DNA of 64,000 nucleotides from Lytechinus pictus (taxonomy: Eukaryota). The translations under genes were made by a program, and so were the position numbers. The DNA is taken from positions 28,894,001 to 28,958,000 of the forward strand of contig NC_087251.1 in the NCBI RefSeq assembly GCF_037042905.1. Reading direction: 5' to 3'. Shown piece after piece: positions 31,201 to 43,009 of this stretch (position 1 is its first letter; each line of letters opens with the position of its first letter). The notes beneath the pieces are model-generated. The model was not told the DNA's origin, made no database searches, and worked only from the letters and a program-made list of their open reading frames with translations.

Positions 31201-34200
31201 AGAATTCACAGTCATAATCAATCACAGACCACTGGAAATTATATGGAAAAAAAACTCTTACAAGTGCAACGCCGCATCTACAGCGATCGCTTATACTCAA
31301 AGTCCAAGGAAACAGGGGTCAAATCAATTACCGACCTGGAAACGACATGATTCTTTCCGATTCGTTGAGTCGACTTCCTAATCCCAAGGAAGCATGCGAT
31401 GTACCGTTAGGTGTCAGAGTTAAATCCATCTGCTCTGAGGAAAAAGATTCGCATATGCGATCGACTTATTACTCTTCGGAAAACACAAGAGGACAGAACT
31501 TCAGAGAGAAACGGCTAGTGATCTAATTCCCAGATCATTATGGCAGATTTGGCCTGAGTTGACCTGAAACAATCCAAGAGTTATTGAAATCCCTTAGGCA
31601 GTATTGGTCGTATAGAGATAACAATGGATTATCACATGGAGTACTCTTCACGGGAAGTCAAGTCATCGTACCGAAGTCACTGAGGAATGATATCCTTGGA
31701 CAGCTTCACCTAGGACACATGGGAATCGAAAGTACGAGACGACTTGCTCGTGAGACATAGTTCTTGTCAAACATCAACGAGGACATCGACCAGTTGATAA
31801 AGCAGAGTGAAACATGCCAGAAACATCAAGCAAGGCAGCAGAAGAAAAGAAGTGGAATATCAAGCACATTACTTCTTCTCCACACTATCCAAGATCAAAC
31901 GGATTAGCTCAGAGGATGGTTCGTACAGTCAAGAATCATTTGACAAAATGTTCTCAGACTGGCCAAGACAGTCAACTAGCAATGATGAACCTGAGAGCAA
32001 CACCAGTCGAAAGTAACTTGAGATCACCAGCAGAAATGTTATTTGGTAGACCCATCAGAACCACATTATCAAGTCACTATTTCTCGAGAGATTCTACTAC
32101 CACTGATTTTCTCTTGAATAGGCAAGACAAGGTGAAGGAAGTGCATTATCGACATGCAAGTTCTAATCTACTACCTCTGCATGTAGGACAGCCAGTGAGA
32201 GTTATACATCCAAGATAACACACTTGGATACCAGCTAAAGCATTCAAAGTCTGTGAGGAACCCAGGTCTTACGAAGTATCAAAGCCGAGCGGAGGAATCT
32301 TGCGAAGGAACAGATCACACGTGAGGGAAATTCCATCCACCATCCCCACTCCAAAGCAGGGCTCGAAATTAGCGGTTGCCGGGGTGACGTTGGCAACCAA
32401 AACTGCCATCATGGTTGCCCAGATGGCAACCAAGAAAATTCCGTGGTCTTTTTCTCAAAGAGAATAAAAATCTCTTGAATTTTGCAGCAAGCAAAATTGC
32501 TTTTCCAATCCAAAGTTTACAACTTCTGGATCAGGAATATATCTTCCAAGATCACATTGGCACAAAGTTTTAGTTTAAAAAAATTGCCCAAATCTAGCAC
32601 ATGAGCCTGCCAATGACTTCTAAGATTGACTGCCTGTCTGTCAAAGTCCTCCCTAAGAACCATACAGCTTACATTTTGACATGATATAAGTTAATTGTTG
32701 CAAGTTGTAAAATGCAATTTACAGGAGGCCTTTTCTGTGGTACTGATTCGTCACCACATTTTCTACTTTTGAAAATATTAAATAGATTAATAACACAACC
32801 ATACACATCTCAATGTTCCAAAAAGACCTTCCCCTTCTTTACATTGGTCAACAGAGGTTTTTTGTCATTTTTGGCACTTTAATGTATCAGAATTGTTTAA
32901 TTCAAATCGTAAAGAATAAAGATAACCCACTCAATTAATTTCTCATAATCAGAATACCCTCAAAACATTTGTAATTTGTTTTCCTATGACGTCGAATTGA
33001 AAAGTTCTGTTAAGAGTTTTTTGTCAGAATCCAAGATGGCCGTCAAGGTGGCGGCCAAGGGACAATATTCAAGTTTTCAGAAGATCAAAATAAATTCATT
33101 CAGTATACGACTCCAGGATTGAAAAGGTGTAGGTTAGAAAAACTAATCAATATGTTGAAAAGGGTGGTCAAGATAATGACAATATAGTACATTTAAGTCT
33201 GTAAAATGCAGTAAAAAAAAACAACTCAATTTCTTAATAATTGTATATTATTATATAGGAAAGTTTTCTAGAAAGTTTCAAGACAATTCCTTTATTTTCC
33301 TTAGATATATGGTAAATCAAGTATTTTGCAAATTTTCATTTTTGGGGGAAACAATTTCAAAATGCACTTTTCTTATTAAGATCTCAGCCGAATTACCTTT
33401 TCATCACCTATGAATAATATCAACTTGTAGAAAATTTATTCATCTTTCATATGACACTAATTTTTTGTTCGAAGATAAACCTGATTTAGGAATACAGGCC
33501 ATAGATTCAAAATACAGATAAAGTGGGGGTAGCTTCGACATATTCCTTTGAGTTGTGTATTGATGTGTAAGAACTTCATCTCTATTACCTGAAGTGCAAG
33601 TGTATGTTATAACTGTTTCCAAGAGACTTCATTAAATAAATTTATATATAATGTAACAGAAACACCTTTTTTGCCTTTACATCCTTCTGAATCACATTTC
33701 TATTACCATTCACATTACATACTGTACATTATACAATATACATTAGTGTATCCAAGTCTCCGATATGCAGTAAAAAAGCTAAATTTCTGAAAATTGAATT
33801 TTCAAGTTTGAGACATTATAAGTTTGTGACTAAAAACGATATCAATTTGGAATTTCGTCCACTTAATAGTTGTATATTAGGAAAGTTTTCTAGAAATTTT
33901 TGAGGCGATGCCTTAATTTTCTTTAGCTTTATGGTAAATCATGTATTTCGCAAATTTTCAATTTTTTGGAAAAAATTCTCAAAATTGCACTTTTCTTATT
34001 AAAATCTCAGCCGAATTAGCTTTTCATCACCCATGAATAGTATCAACTTGTAGAAAATTTATTTATCTTTCGTATGACACTAATTTCGTGGCAAATGAAT
34101 GTTTGTGTCGGAATCTATGTACGAAAAACCAAATCCCATGAATATGGCGGCCATTTTGGACGCCATCTTGAATTTGAACTCCATGGGACAATATTTCGTT

Positions 34201-34307
34201 TTGGGAACATCAAAATTCATTCACTACACATCTTACGGATTACAAAAATGTAGGTTAAAAAAATATATCATTCGGGTGCATGGGAACCCTATCTCCCTAC
34301 CAGACTA
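28266..34307. mobile_element. Long-TIR DNA element, Academ-like (TAG...CTA ends, 3-bp TSD AAT)
   Basis: AAT|TAGT at 28263-28269 and ACTA|AAT at 34304-34310. Inverted arms of ~570 bp (~28277-28844 vs ~33732-34296) show few mismatches. No transposase inside. Confidence 0.7.
30060..32350 (+). pseudogene. Decayed Ty3/Gypsy pol remnant (protease, partial RT, RNase H, integrase)
   Basis: Fragments include YDPERERTVEIDTS.KDLGACLL (RNase H), LHLGHMGIESTRRLARET (integrase Zn domain) and WNIKHITSSPHYPRSNGLAQRMVRTVK...SPAEMLFGRPIRT (integrase core). Many stops, frameshifts and deletions; no LTRs recognised. Confidence 0.85.
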
Positions 34308-34310
34308 AAT

Positions 34311-34526
34311 GGGGTGTTGCAAGAAACATGCGATCAATTGCAAGTCTATTTTTGGTCCCTAATTCAATCACATGTCTAGCAATTAATTGCAAATTGCGAT
34401 TGATTGCTAATCTGGTTCTTGAAATAAGGACTGTAATCTAATTTCTACAGTTAAAACTGGTATATCAATTGCAAAATTGCAACAGAATATTTGCAATTGA
34501 TCGCAAATATTTTCTTGCAACACCGC
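34311..34526. mobile_element. Short palindromic MITE
   Basis: GGTGTTGCAAGAAA..TGCGATCAATTGCAA at the left and TTGCAATTGATCGCAA...TTCTTGCAACACC at the right. Confidence 0.7.
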
Positions 34527-35111
34527 CTTAATCTCAAAACAAAAGTGGAACAATGTTAGGCTAATATGTATGCACACTGTACCTGGGTTTTGTTTTTTTC
34601 TCTCTCTCCGTCATTAAAAAAGAGAGCACAAAGAAAAGGGAAATAATTAATGCAAATATAAATGCATGAGCACGAACGAACAAAATATACATACAGGCAC
34701 ACCCACACATACACTCCAAATAATAAGAATCCACAGTCTGTTGTTGTATGGGGCGTATATATCACAATATGATATAGCATTAAGTAAAATAGAAATGAAA
34801 CAAAAAGACAAGATACTTGCAATTGGCGAATGATGATACACCTTCGAGTTTTTTCTAGACTACCAATCGCAAGCAGTCCTTTTTGGTTGTTATTTTACTT
34901 TGTGTTGTATGTATTGTCCTGTTTCTGCTGTTGTTTTGTTTGACCCTGTTCGCGTTTGTCTCATGCGGACGCAGCGGGGCATTTGGCCTTCCAGCGAACC
35001 GCCCCCCTCCTCATTTGGGCCCCTAGACATTTTGAAAATGGAGGAAAAACCTGTGGAGTATCCGCCCTTGCCCCACATATATTTCATTTGCCCTTCACTT
35101 GCCCCCTTTAA

Positions 35112-35706
35112 AGGGAATCCAGCCTTGGCCATAAAATGTTGTGTTGGGAAGGAGAAAAATAAATTAAACAGAATGGTGAAAGTTTGAAAGAAATCGGACA
35201 AGCAATAAGAAAGTTATAGCTGCTTTAAAATTTAGATCACTAATACTATGTAGATTTCAAATTGGCAACTTGGTAAGTAAATTATGACAAGGGGCAAGGA
35301 CAACTTTCCCATAGGCCATGTACTTTATTATCAGGGATTTGTGGTTTTCTCCTAAGTACCCATTCCCCCCGGGGCAGTAATCTAAACATAACCCAGGTGT
35401 TATATTGTTTTATGTCGTCATGAAAGAAAAATATAACTTGAAATAAAACTTTTGGTAAAAATGACATTTTAGCCATAATATGTATTGGAGTACATGGAAG
35501 AGTAGTCCTTGCCTTACATCACTATGACATCCCATATGCGGCCAATTTGAAGTCTCCATGGGTATAGTAATTACCAATATTTACAACTTTTAAAAATTCA
35601 TAACTTTCTAGTTGTTTGTCCAATATTGTTCAAACTTTCACCTATCAACTTGTCTGATTTTTCTTTTCCTTATAAAAACAAGTTTTTATTTGGGTTGGAT
35701 TCCCCT
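35112..35706. mobile_element. Kolobok-like non-autonomous element
   Basis: TTAA|AGGGAATCCAGCC ... GGGTTGGATTCCCCT|ATAA (right TSD degenerate). Confidence 0.65.
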
Positions 35707-37391
35707 ATAAGAGCGGGTGCCCCATTGTCTCTCTGTCTGTCCCATTTTCTACCCTCCTCCTCATCTCTCTCTCTCCCTAATTAATAACTATAATGAGTGC
35801 TTTATTTCATGTTATCCCGAATGTATTCATTTCAAGATAAATCATTTGTAAGAAATATTTGTTAAAATTGTACACAGACCCATTCATACCATTAATATAA
35901 AGTGCATTTTATTCATATACTGTTAAATGTACTCAAGTGAATTATAGTGTGATGAATGTAATTGGTACGTATTACAAAATATGAGGGGGAAATGCAAAAG
36001 CTAATTTTTGGTTTATAGAATTCTCACCAAACAAGAAATGATAGTGATGGACGAGAAGAACACAGGGTTGGAAGAACTTGGAGAAAAGGAATGGGAGAAA
36101 TGTCAAGTAAGGAGAGAAGATCAGTCAAGAAGTAAGGTAAGAGGACATTAAAGAAGGAGTGAAAATATATAACATAAAAGAAGTGAATAATAAGACTAGA
36201 GCTTCCGAGTAGAAAGGATGAGCGAGAAAGACTGGATAAAAATATGCATAATAGTGTTCAGTAAATTAAGAGGGATTATTCATTAAACAAGTGGAACGCC
36301 TCTGGCAGTCTCGCCTGCATTACGCGATTTAATATAGCAGCAGTGCTAACTTTGGAAACTACTATAAAATAATCATTCACAAAAACACCATTCATATAAT
36401 GGCATAATACCACGTTCATTGACCATAAATGACATTTGAACGGTGACTTAAGACTTGTCAACTACACCCATGTCCACATTTCATTCACTCTATCCATAAA
36501 CTTTCAAAGTTATGATGGCGATTCAACAATTACCCCAACATGGCCTAAGTTTATTGACCTTAACTGACCTTTGACCTTGGTTTTGTGACCTGAAACACAC
36601 AGGGGATGTTCAGTGATACTTGATTACTCTTATATCCCAAGTTTTATGAACTAGATCCATAAACTTTCAGAGTTAGGATGGTAATTCAACAAATATCCCC
36701 AACACGGCCAAAGTTCATTGACCTTTAATGACCTTTGACCATGGTCATGTGACCTGAAACTCGTATAGGATGTTCAGTGATACTTGATTACTCTTATGTC
36801 CATGTTTTATGAACTAGATCCATAAACTTTCAGAGTTAAGATGGTAATTTAACAAATACCCCCAACACGGCCAAAGTTCATTGACCTTAAATGACCATTG
36901 ACCATGGTCATGTGACCTGAAACTCGCACAGGATATTCAGTGGTACTTGATTAACCTAATGTCCAAGTTTCCTGAACTAGATCCATAAAATATCAAAGTT
37001 ATGATGGTAATTCAACAAATACCCCCAACTTGGCCAAAGTTCATTGACTCTAAATGACCTTTGACCTTGGTCATGTGACCTGAAACTTAGGCAGGATGTT
37101 CACTAATATTTGATTAACCTTATGTCCAAGTTTCATGAACTAGATCCATAAATTTTCAAAGTTATGATAGTAATTCAACAAATACCCCCAACTTTACTAA
37201 AGTTCATTGACCCTAAATGACCTTTGACCTTGGTCACATGACCTGAAACTCGAGCAGGATGTTCACTAATACTTGATTAACCTTATGCCCAAGTTTCATG
37301 AACAAGGTCCATATAGTCTTTCTAAGTTATGATGTCATTTCAAAAACTTAACCTTCGGTTAAGATTTTGAAAATAATTCTCCCAACATGGT

Positions 37392-40300
37392 TCAATTCAA
37401 TTCAAATTTATTTTCATTCTTCAACATAATATAAATAAGTACAAGATAAATTGATTCAATTTAAACAAAAGCATGAACAAGATTCAACATTGAATAAATG
37501 ATATACATATTCAATAAGTGATTCAAATATAGATTAACGTGCATGTCAATTTTAAATCAATATAATCAATATAATTAAATATAATTAAAATCAATATAAG
37601 TATATATCATGAGAAGAATGGAGGGGTCCACTAAAAAGCAAAGCTTGTAGAATGTGGACCCCTCAAAAACTTAGATACAAAGAATATTGAAATATACGTA
37701 AAGGAGTACATGAAAATAACGAAAAGGGCAAAAAAACAAAAAAAAATCTTATGTACAGGATTTTGAAATTCAGAGACAAGGACAATAACACGACACAACA
37801 CAACACAAGTACATGAGGTGGACAATAATACGATGACAACTGCCAAGAATATAGAAAGAAAAATAGAGATAGGGAGAGGGATGCAAAGCTAATCTGCTGC
37901 ATATATATTATGTCTACACATACATACACACATATTTATACATGTATATGCATAAACATATATACATACACATACACACACGCATACATACATATATACA
38001 CATGCAAATACACACGTACACACGCACACATACACATGCACACATACACACATACACATATACAATATAAAAGGTACAATATAATGTATAGACATGCTAT
38101 AACTTTTTTATTTTAAATCTTATGTCTAACTGGAAAAAATAGGGCATTGTGTTCAGTATAAACATTGATAAAAGATTAGCAAAAAAAAAAAAAAAAAAAA
38201 GGATACAAAATTTTAGTTTAGAATAGTAAATATAATTAAGATTTTAAAAGCATAAATTTTAGTTTGTTTTTAAAGGACAGCAAAGAACGGGCATCTTTAA
38301 TCTCATCGTTAAGGGAATTCCAAAAACTTGGACCTGTATATAAGTAAGTATTTTGTGCGAGATGCGTTCTAAGGAGGGGCAAGTGAAATTCATGTGACTG
38401 CCTGGTGGGATAGTTATGGAGGGATTGGTTTTGGGGAAAGAAAAAAAATATGCGTGGCAACAAAATATTTTTATATTTATACATTAATTGACCTAATTGA
38501 AATGAATATAATTTTTTTATTTTCATGATTTTATGTTCCAGAAAAAATTGATCTGTATGAGAACGAACTGGTGCATTACATATAATTCGGAGTGTTTTCT
38601 TTTGTAAAATTAATATTTTGTCCAATAAAGAATTATGGGTATTACCCCATGCTAATATTCCATAATTAAGGTAAGGTAAAATCAAAGAGGAGTATAACAT
38701 GAGTAATGTGACGGAAGGAAAATAGTGTTTTAACTTATTAATTACACCAATATTACGAGATAATGTTTTGCTAACATTAAGAACGTGGGGTTTCCAAGAA
38801 AGTTTATTATCAACTATAATTCCTAAAAATTTAATTTGGGAAACACATTGTAAAGGTGTATCATCAAAGATAATGTCAGAAGGTAAAGATTCAATAGAAT
38901 TACTAAATAACATATATTTGGTTTTGTTTAAATTAAGAGATAGTTTATTGGCTCGTATCCATTGAGTCAAATTTAGCAATTCCAAATTCATAATCTGAAC
39001 TAAGGTGTGAGGGTTTTTGTGAGCAAAAAATACATTGGAATCATCTGCAAAAAGAATAAACGAAAGAATGTCAGATGATCTGTGAAAATCGTTAATGTAA
39101 ATGATGAATAAAAGAGGCCCTAATATACTACCTTGTGGGACACCACAATTAATTTCATGTTGATCAGAGATGTGATTATTTAAATAAACATATTGTTTTC
39201 TTTTTTTAAGGTAATTCCTGAACCACTCCAAGGCAATTCCACGTATTCCATAATGAGAAAGCTTGTAAAGTAAAATGTCGTGGTTAATAGTGTCGAATGC
39301 CTTGGAGAAGTCCAGGAATATACCAATTAGATGCGAATGATCATCCAAAGAATGGGCTACTTTATGCACAAAATTTAAAAGAGCGTGGATAGTGCTATGT
39401 TTTTGTCTAAAACCAAATTGAAAGTTAGTGAATATACCATTGACTTTAAGAAATTTAGTTGTTCGAACAAAAATTAATCTCTCTAAAATCTTAGAAAGGA
39501 GAGTAAAGATATGGGACGGTAATTACCAGCATCAAGCTCGTCTCCCTTTTTAAATAAGGGAATAACTTTCGCAATTTTCATTTGTTTAGGAAAAATACCA
39601 CTCAAAATAGATTTATTTAATATACAGCGCGTCCCAAAAAAAATGTCCCTCTGACATAGGACTGAATTAATTCTAAAATGTGGTAGTATTCTCAAATAAA
39701 TGTTCATGAGTAGAAAGCTCATTTCATGATCTAACTTCTATGAAAATTTCATTGGTCTCGCTTCAGCGGTTTTGAATACACACTCTGTTACGTAACAGTG
39801 GTGCATTTTAGCCCATTCCAAGTTTGCAGCATTGATGCATATCTGCATTGTCTATATGGCATGTTAACCCCCATTGTTACATCCATCTCAGCAGGGACAT
39901 TTCCCTAATCATATCCACGCTCATCAAATTATAAACTTGGGCATGTTCAGAAGAGCAAGAAATATAAAAAAATAAAGTTTTTTGATGATTGATAAGGGGA
40001 ATCAGTGCACCAACTTGAAAAAAAATGTGAATGATGGATGAGTAAAATAAGCTCAAAAATAAAGGGGAATCCGCAAGTTAAACACCCTTTACGAAAAAGG
40101 AACTTTACCAGAGAAAAATTTGACTTTTTTTCTTTTAAAAAGTTACATTGAATTAACTTGACCACAGTAGCTTATTAACTAAAAAAAAACATTAATAAAA
40201 ACAAAAAAAATGCAGTATTAAGCATGAATTAGGCATGAAACAGACATGACCCGTTGTCTTAATCATTGTGCATCTCCCATTTTCAAACATGAAATGAGCT

Positions 40301-41060
40301 GTCAAATATTGTTTTTGCCCTTCTAAACATGCTCAAAGTTGTGATTTGATGAGCCTGGTTAGATCATGGAGATTTCCCTGGTCAGATCAGGGAATTCCTT
40401 GGTCAGAATGGTCAAAGGGGGTTGATATGCTAGAAAGTGCAGAACACACAGTAGTGCTGCATGCATGCAAACTTGGAATGGGCTGAAAAGCACCACTTTT
40501 ACATAATAGACTGTGTATTCAAAACCACTGAAGCGAGACCAATGAAATTTTTATAGAAGTTAGAACATGAGATGAGCATCCTAGTTAAATACATTTCATT
40601 GAGAATAATTTTTATTTTTTGAAGTAATTTAGCCCCATATAAGAGGGACATTTTTTGGGGGACGCGCTGTATGTGTCAAGGGCTCAACAATAGACGATAT
40701 GGTACCTTTTAATATAAAATTACTTATGTCATCATGACCAGCACTGTGTTTATTATTCAAAGAGGAAACAATATCGGTCACTTCATAAATAGTAGTCGGA
40801 TAGAAGAAAATGGAATTGGCATTAGGTTGTCCCAAGAATTTAGAAAAATGCTTATTAGATTGTGGAATTTTTTGTGCCAAACTTTCTCCTATGGTAGAAA
40901 AGTATGAATTTAAAACATTGGCGATTTCTGTGGGATCTTCAATATTCCGATTATTAAATCTTAATTTAGTAATATTTGATTTCTTTTTTGAAATATTCAA
41001 GGCTTGCTTAATAACTTTCCATGTGTTTTTCATATCATGTTTATATTGTTCTAATTGAAT
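37392..41060 (-). mobile_element. 5'-truncated non-LTR retrotransposon (CR1/L2-group LINE) with reverse transcriptase
   Basis: RT motifs FLDFSKAFDTINH, GVPQGSILGPLLF and LFADDS in ORF 38236-39369. Upstream ORF2 pieces at 39483-39622 and 40672-41033 with one frameshift near 39490. 3' UTR has a (CA/TA)n tract, a hairpin at 37621-37663 and a (TTGAA)n tail. Confidence 0.92.
39625..40669. mobile_element. Tc1/mariner-type MITE inserted in the LINE, TA TSD
   Basis: TA|CAGCGCGTCCC..AAAATGTCCCTCT and reverse complement|TA. Removing it restores the LINE frame PLTH-ILNKSILSGIFP. Confidence 0.9.
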
Positions 41061-42257
41061 CTAAGTTCATTGACCCTAAATGACCTTTGACCTTGGTCAT
41101 GTGACCTGAAACTCAGGCAGGATGTTCAGTAATACTTGATTAACCTTATGATCAAGTTTCATGAACTAGGTCCATATACTTTCTAAGTTATGATGTCATT
41201 TCAAAAACTTAACCTTAGGTTAAGATTTGATGTTGACGCCGCCGCCGCCGTCGCCGTCGGAAAAGCGGCGCCTATAGTTTAGCTCTGCTATGCAGGCGAG
41301 ACAAAACCCGATACAACACGGTTATAACAAACACAATTACCCATTTTTTTATTACTCAACGTGAGCTTGTAAATAATACTTGTAATATTCAATTTATATG
41401 CGGTATATGTTTGCACCTGGATAATCATGATTATTATCGTAATCATTATTAAAAACAAACAAACAAACACCTTTTTTAGTATGCATTCTCATGTTAACTA
41501 AAGATATATTGCAATGGAGTTTATTCGTGTAGTATAGTAAAAACTTTATATAGACATGATGGATATCTGGATTAATTCATTGTAGTCATGCCTTGCTTTG
41601 ATACACTTCGAACTGTACATAATAACAAAAAAAAAAATCCTGATTATCCAAGCGTAAGCATATCCCACATTAATGATACCAGATTTTGGATGAAGACATA
41701 TACTCTTTAAGGATATTTTAAGATAGTTTTGTGTTTAAGAAGTAAATTGACGATTTTTTGTATCTGACTCATTGGTGTCAATGGCAATGCCCATATGTAT
41801 TACTTTGAACATTGGAATAGATAAAATGCAAATAATATATATTTTTATTTTAATCAATTTTTGGAGGGTATATAGAAATCCGTTATGGACATTCATCTAA
41901 CTTATGAAACAATCACGCTTCAAGAAAAAAAAAACGTGGCTTATGACAGCGTTACTCGTTGATATACAGTATGCATCCCACTTTTACAAAATAATGCAAA
42001 ACTTAAAAATTGCTCAACTTTCTTATATTTATGTAACGAAATCCTCGGCCTCTGTTTTGGATTTTGCACTATTTAGTCGAATAAGCTTGATAATAAGTGC
42101 ATTTATCACTTTTCACTAATATGATCTCGCTCTAAGGCCTATTGATTACGGGTGACAGCCCATTCACCCATACAAGAGTGGCATAATCGTTTTATTGTAA
42201 AGCAATATGGAGGGGGAGGCAGTGTATTTGTATGAGGGTGAGAGGAAGAAGAGGAGG

Positions 42258-42465
42258 CACAGTAGCAGCAGTAGTAGTATTAGTGATATAGTGGTAGAAG
42301 TAGTAGTATGTAGTAGTAGTAGATGGTCTAGTAGTATGGTAGATGCAGCAGTAGAAGTAGTACTGTAGTAGTAGTAGTAGTATTATTAGTAATAGTAGTA
42401 GTAGTAGTGTAGGTTGTAATAGTAGTATGCATAGCAGTATTAGAAGTAGAATAGTAGTAGTAGTG

Positions 42466-42507
<42 letters not shown>

Positions 42508-42563
42508 ATAGTAGACGTAGAAGTATAGTAGGAGTAGCAGTGGTTGTAGTACTAGTAATATTA

Positions 42564-42618
<55 letters not shown>

Positions 42619-42750
42619 AAGTTGTAGTAGTAATAATAGTTGTAGTAGTAATAATAGCAGTAGTAACAGCAGCATTAGCAGTATTGATTAAAAGTATTAA
42701 TTATTTTTTAAAAGTAGTTTGGTAACAGTAGAAGTACAGTAGACGTAGTA
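42258..42750. repeat. (TAG)n microsatellite / low-complexity tract
   Basis: Directly visible; it explains the poly-L/Y/T/V ORFs. Confidence 0.95.
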
Positions 42751-43009
42751 ACAATATTTTGTAAAGCTTTCGACCTAAAGGCCTCTACACTGGCTCTATA
42801 ACAGACAAACAAAATAAACATATTCACAAGAAGCGTGAAACAACGAACAAATTATATACTTACATGTATTAAAGGCACAAATTTAAGGTATCTAGATATA
42901 AGAAGCATGAAATAAAATGATGGTAGTTATTTTTCCTGAATCGTCAGCTGGTGTATATATTTCTGTGTCGTGTGTGATATGTTATTATAAATTAAACATA
43001 TAAAACGTA

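Larger units (their letters stand above)
36286..41306 (-). mobile_element. HINE/DINE-1-like element, copy 4, split by a LINE insertion
   Basis: 36286-37391 and 41061-41306 rejoin as CCCAACATGGT|CTAAGTTC, the sequence seen uninterrupted in copy 1 at 6961-6980. Confidence 0.8.

Noticed and set aside
42328..42725. Poly-Leu/Tyr/Thr/Val ORFs (also 49687-49956 and 37889-38116)
   Set aside because: Translations of microsatellites.
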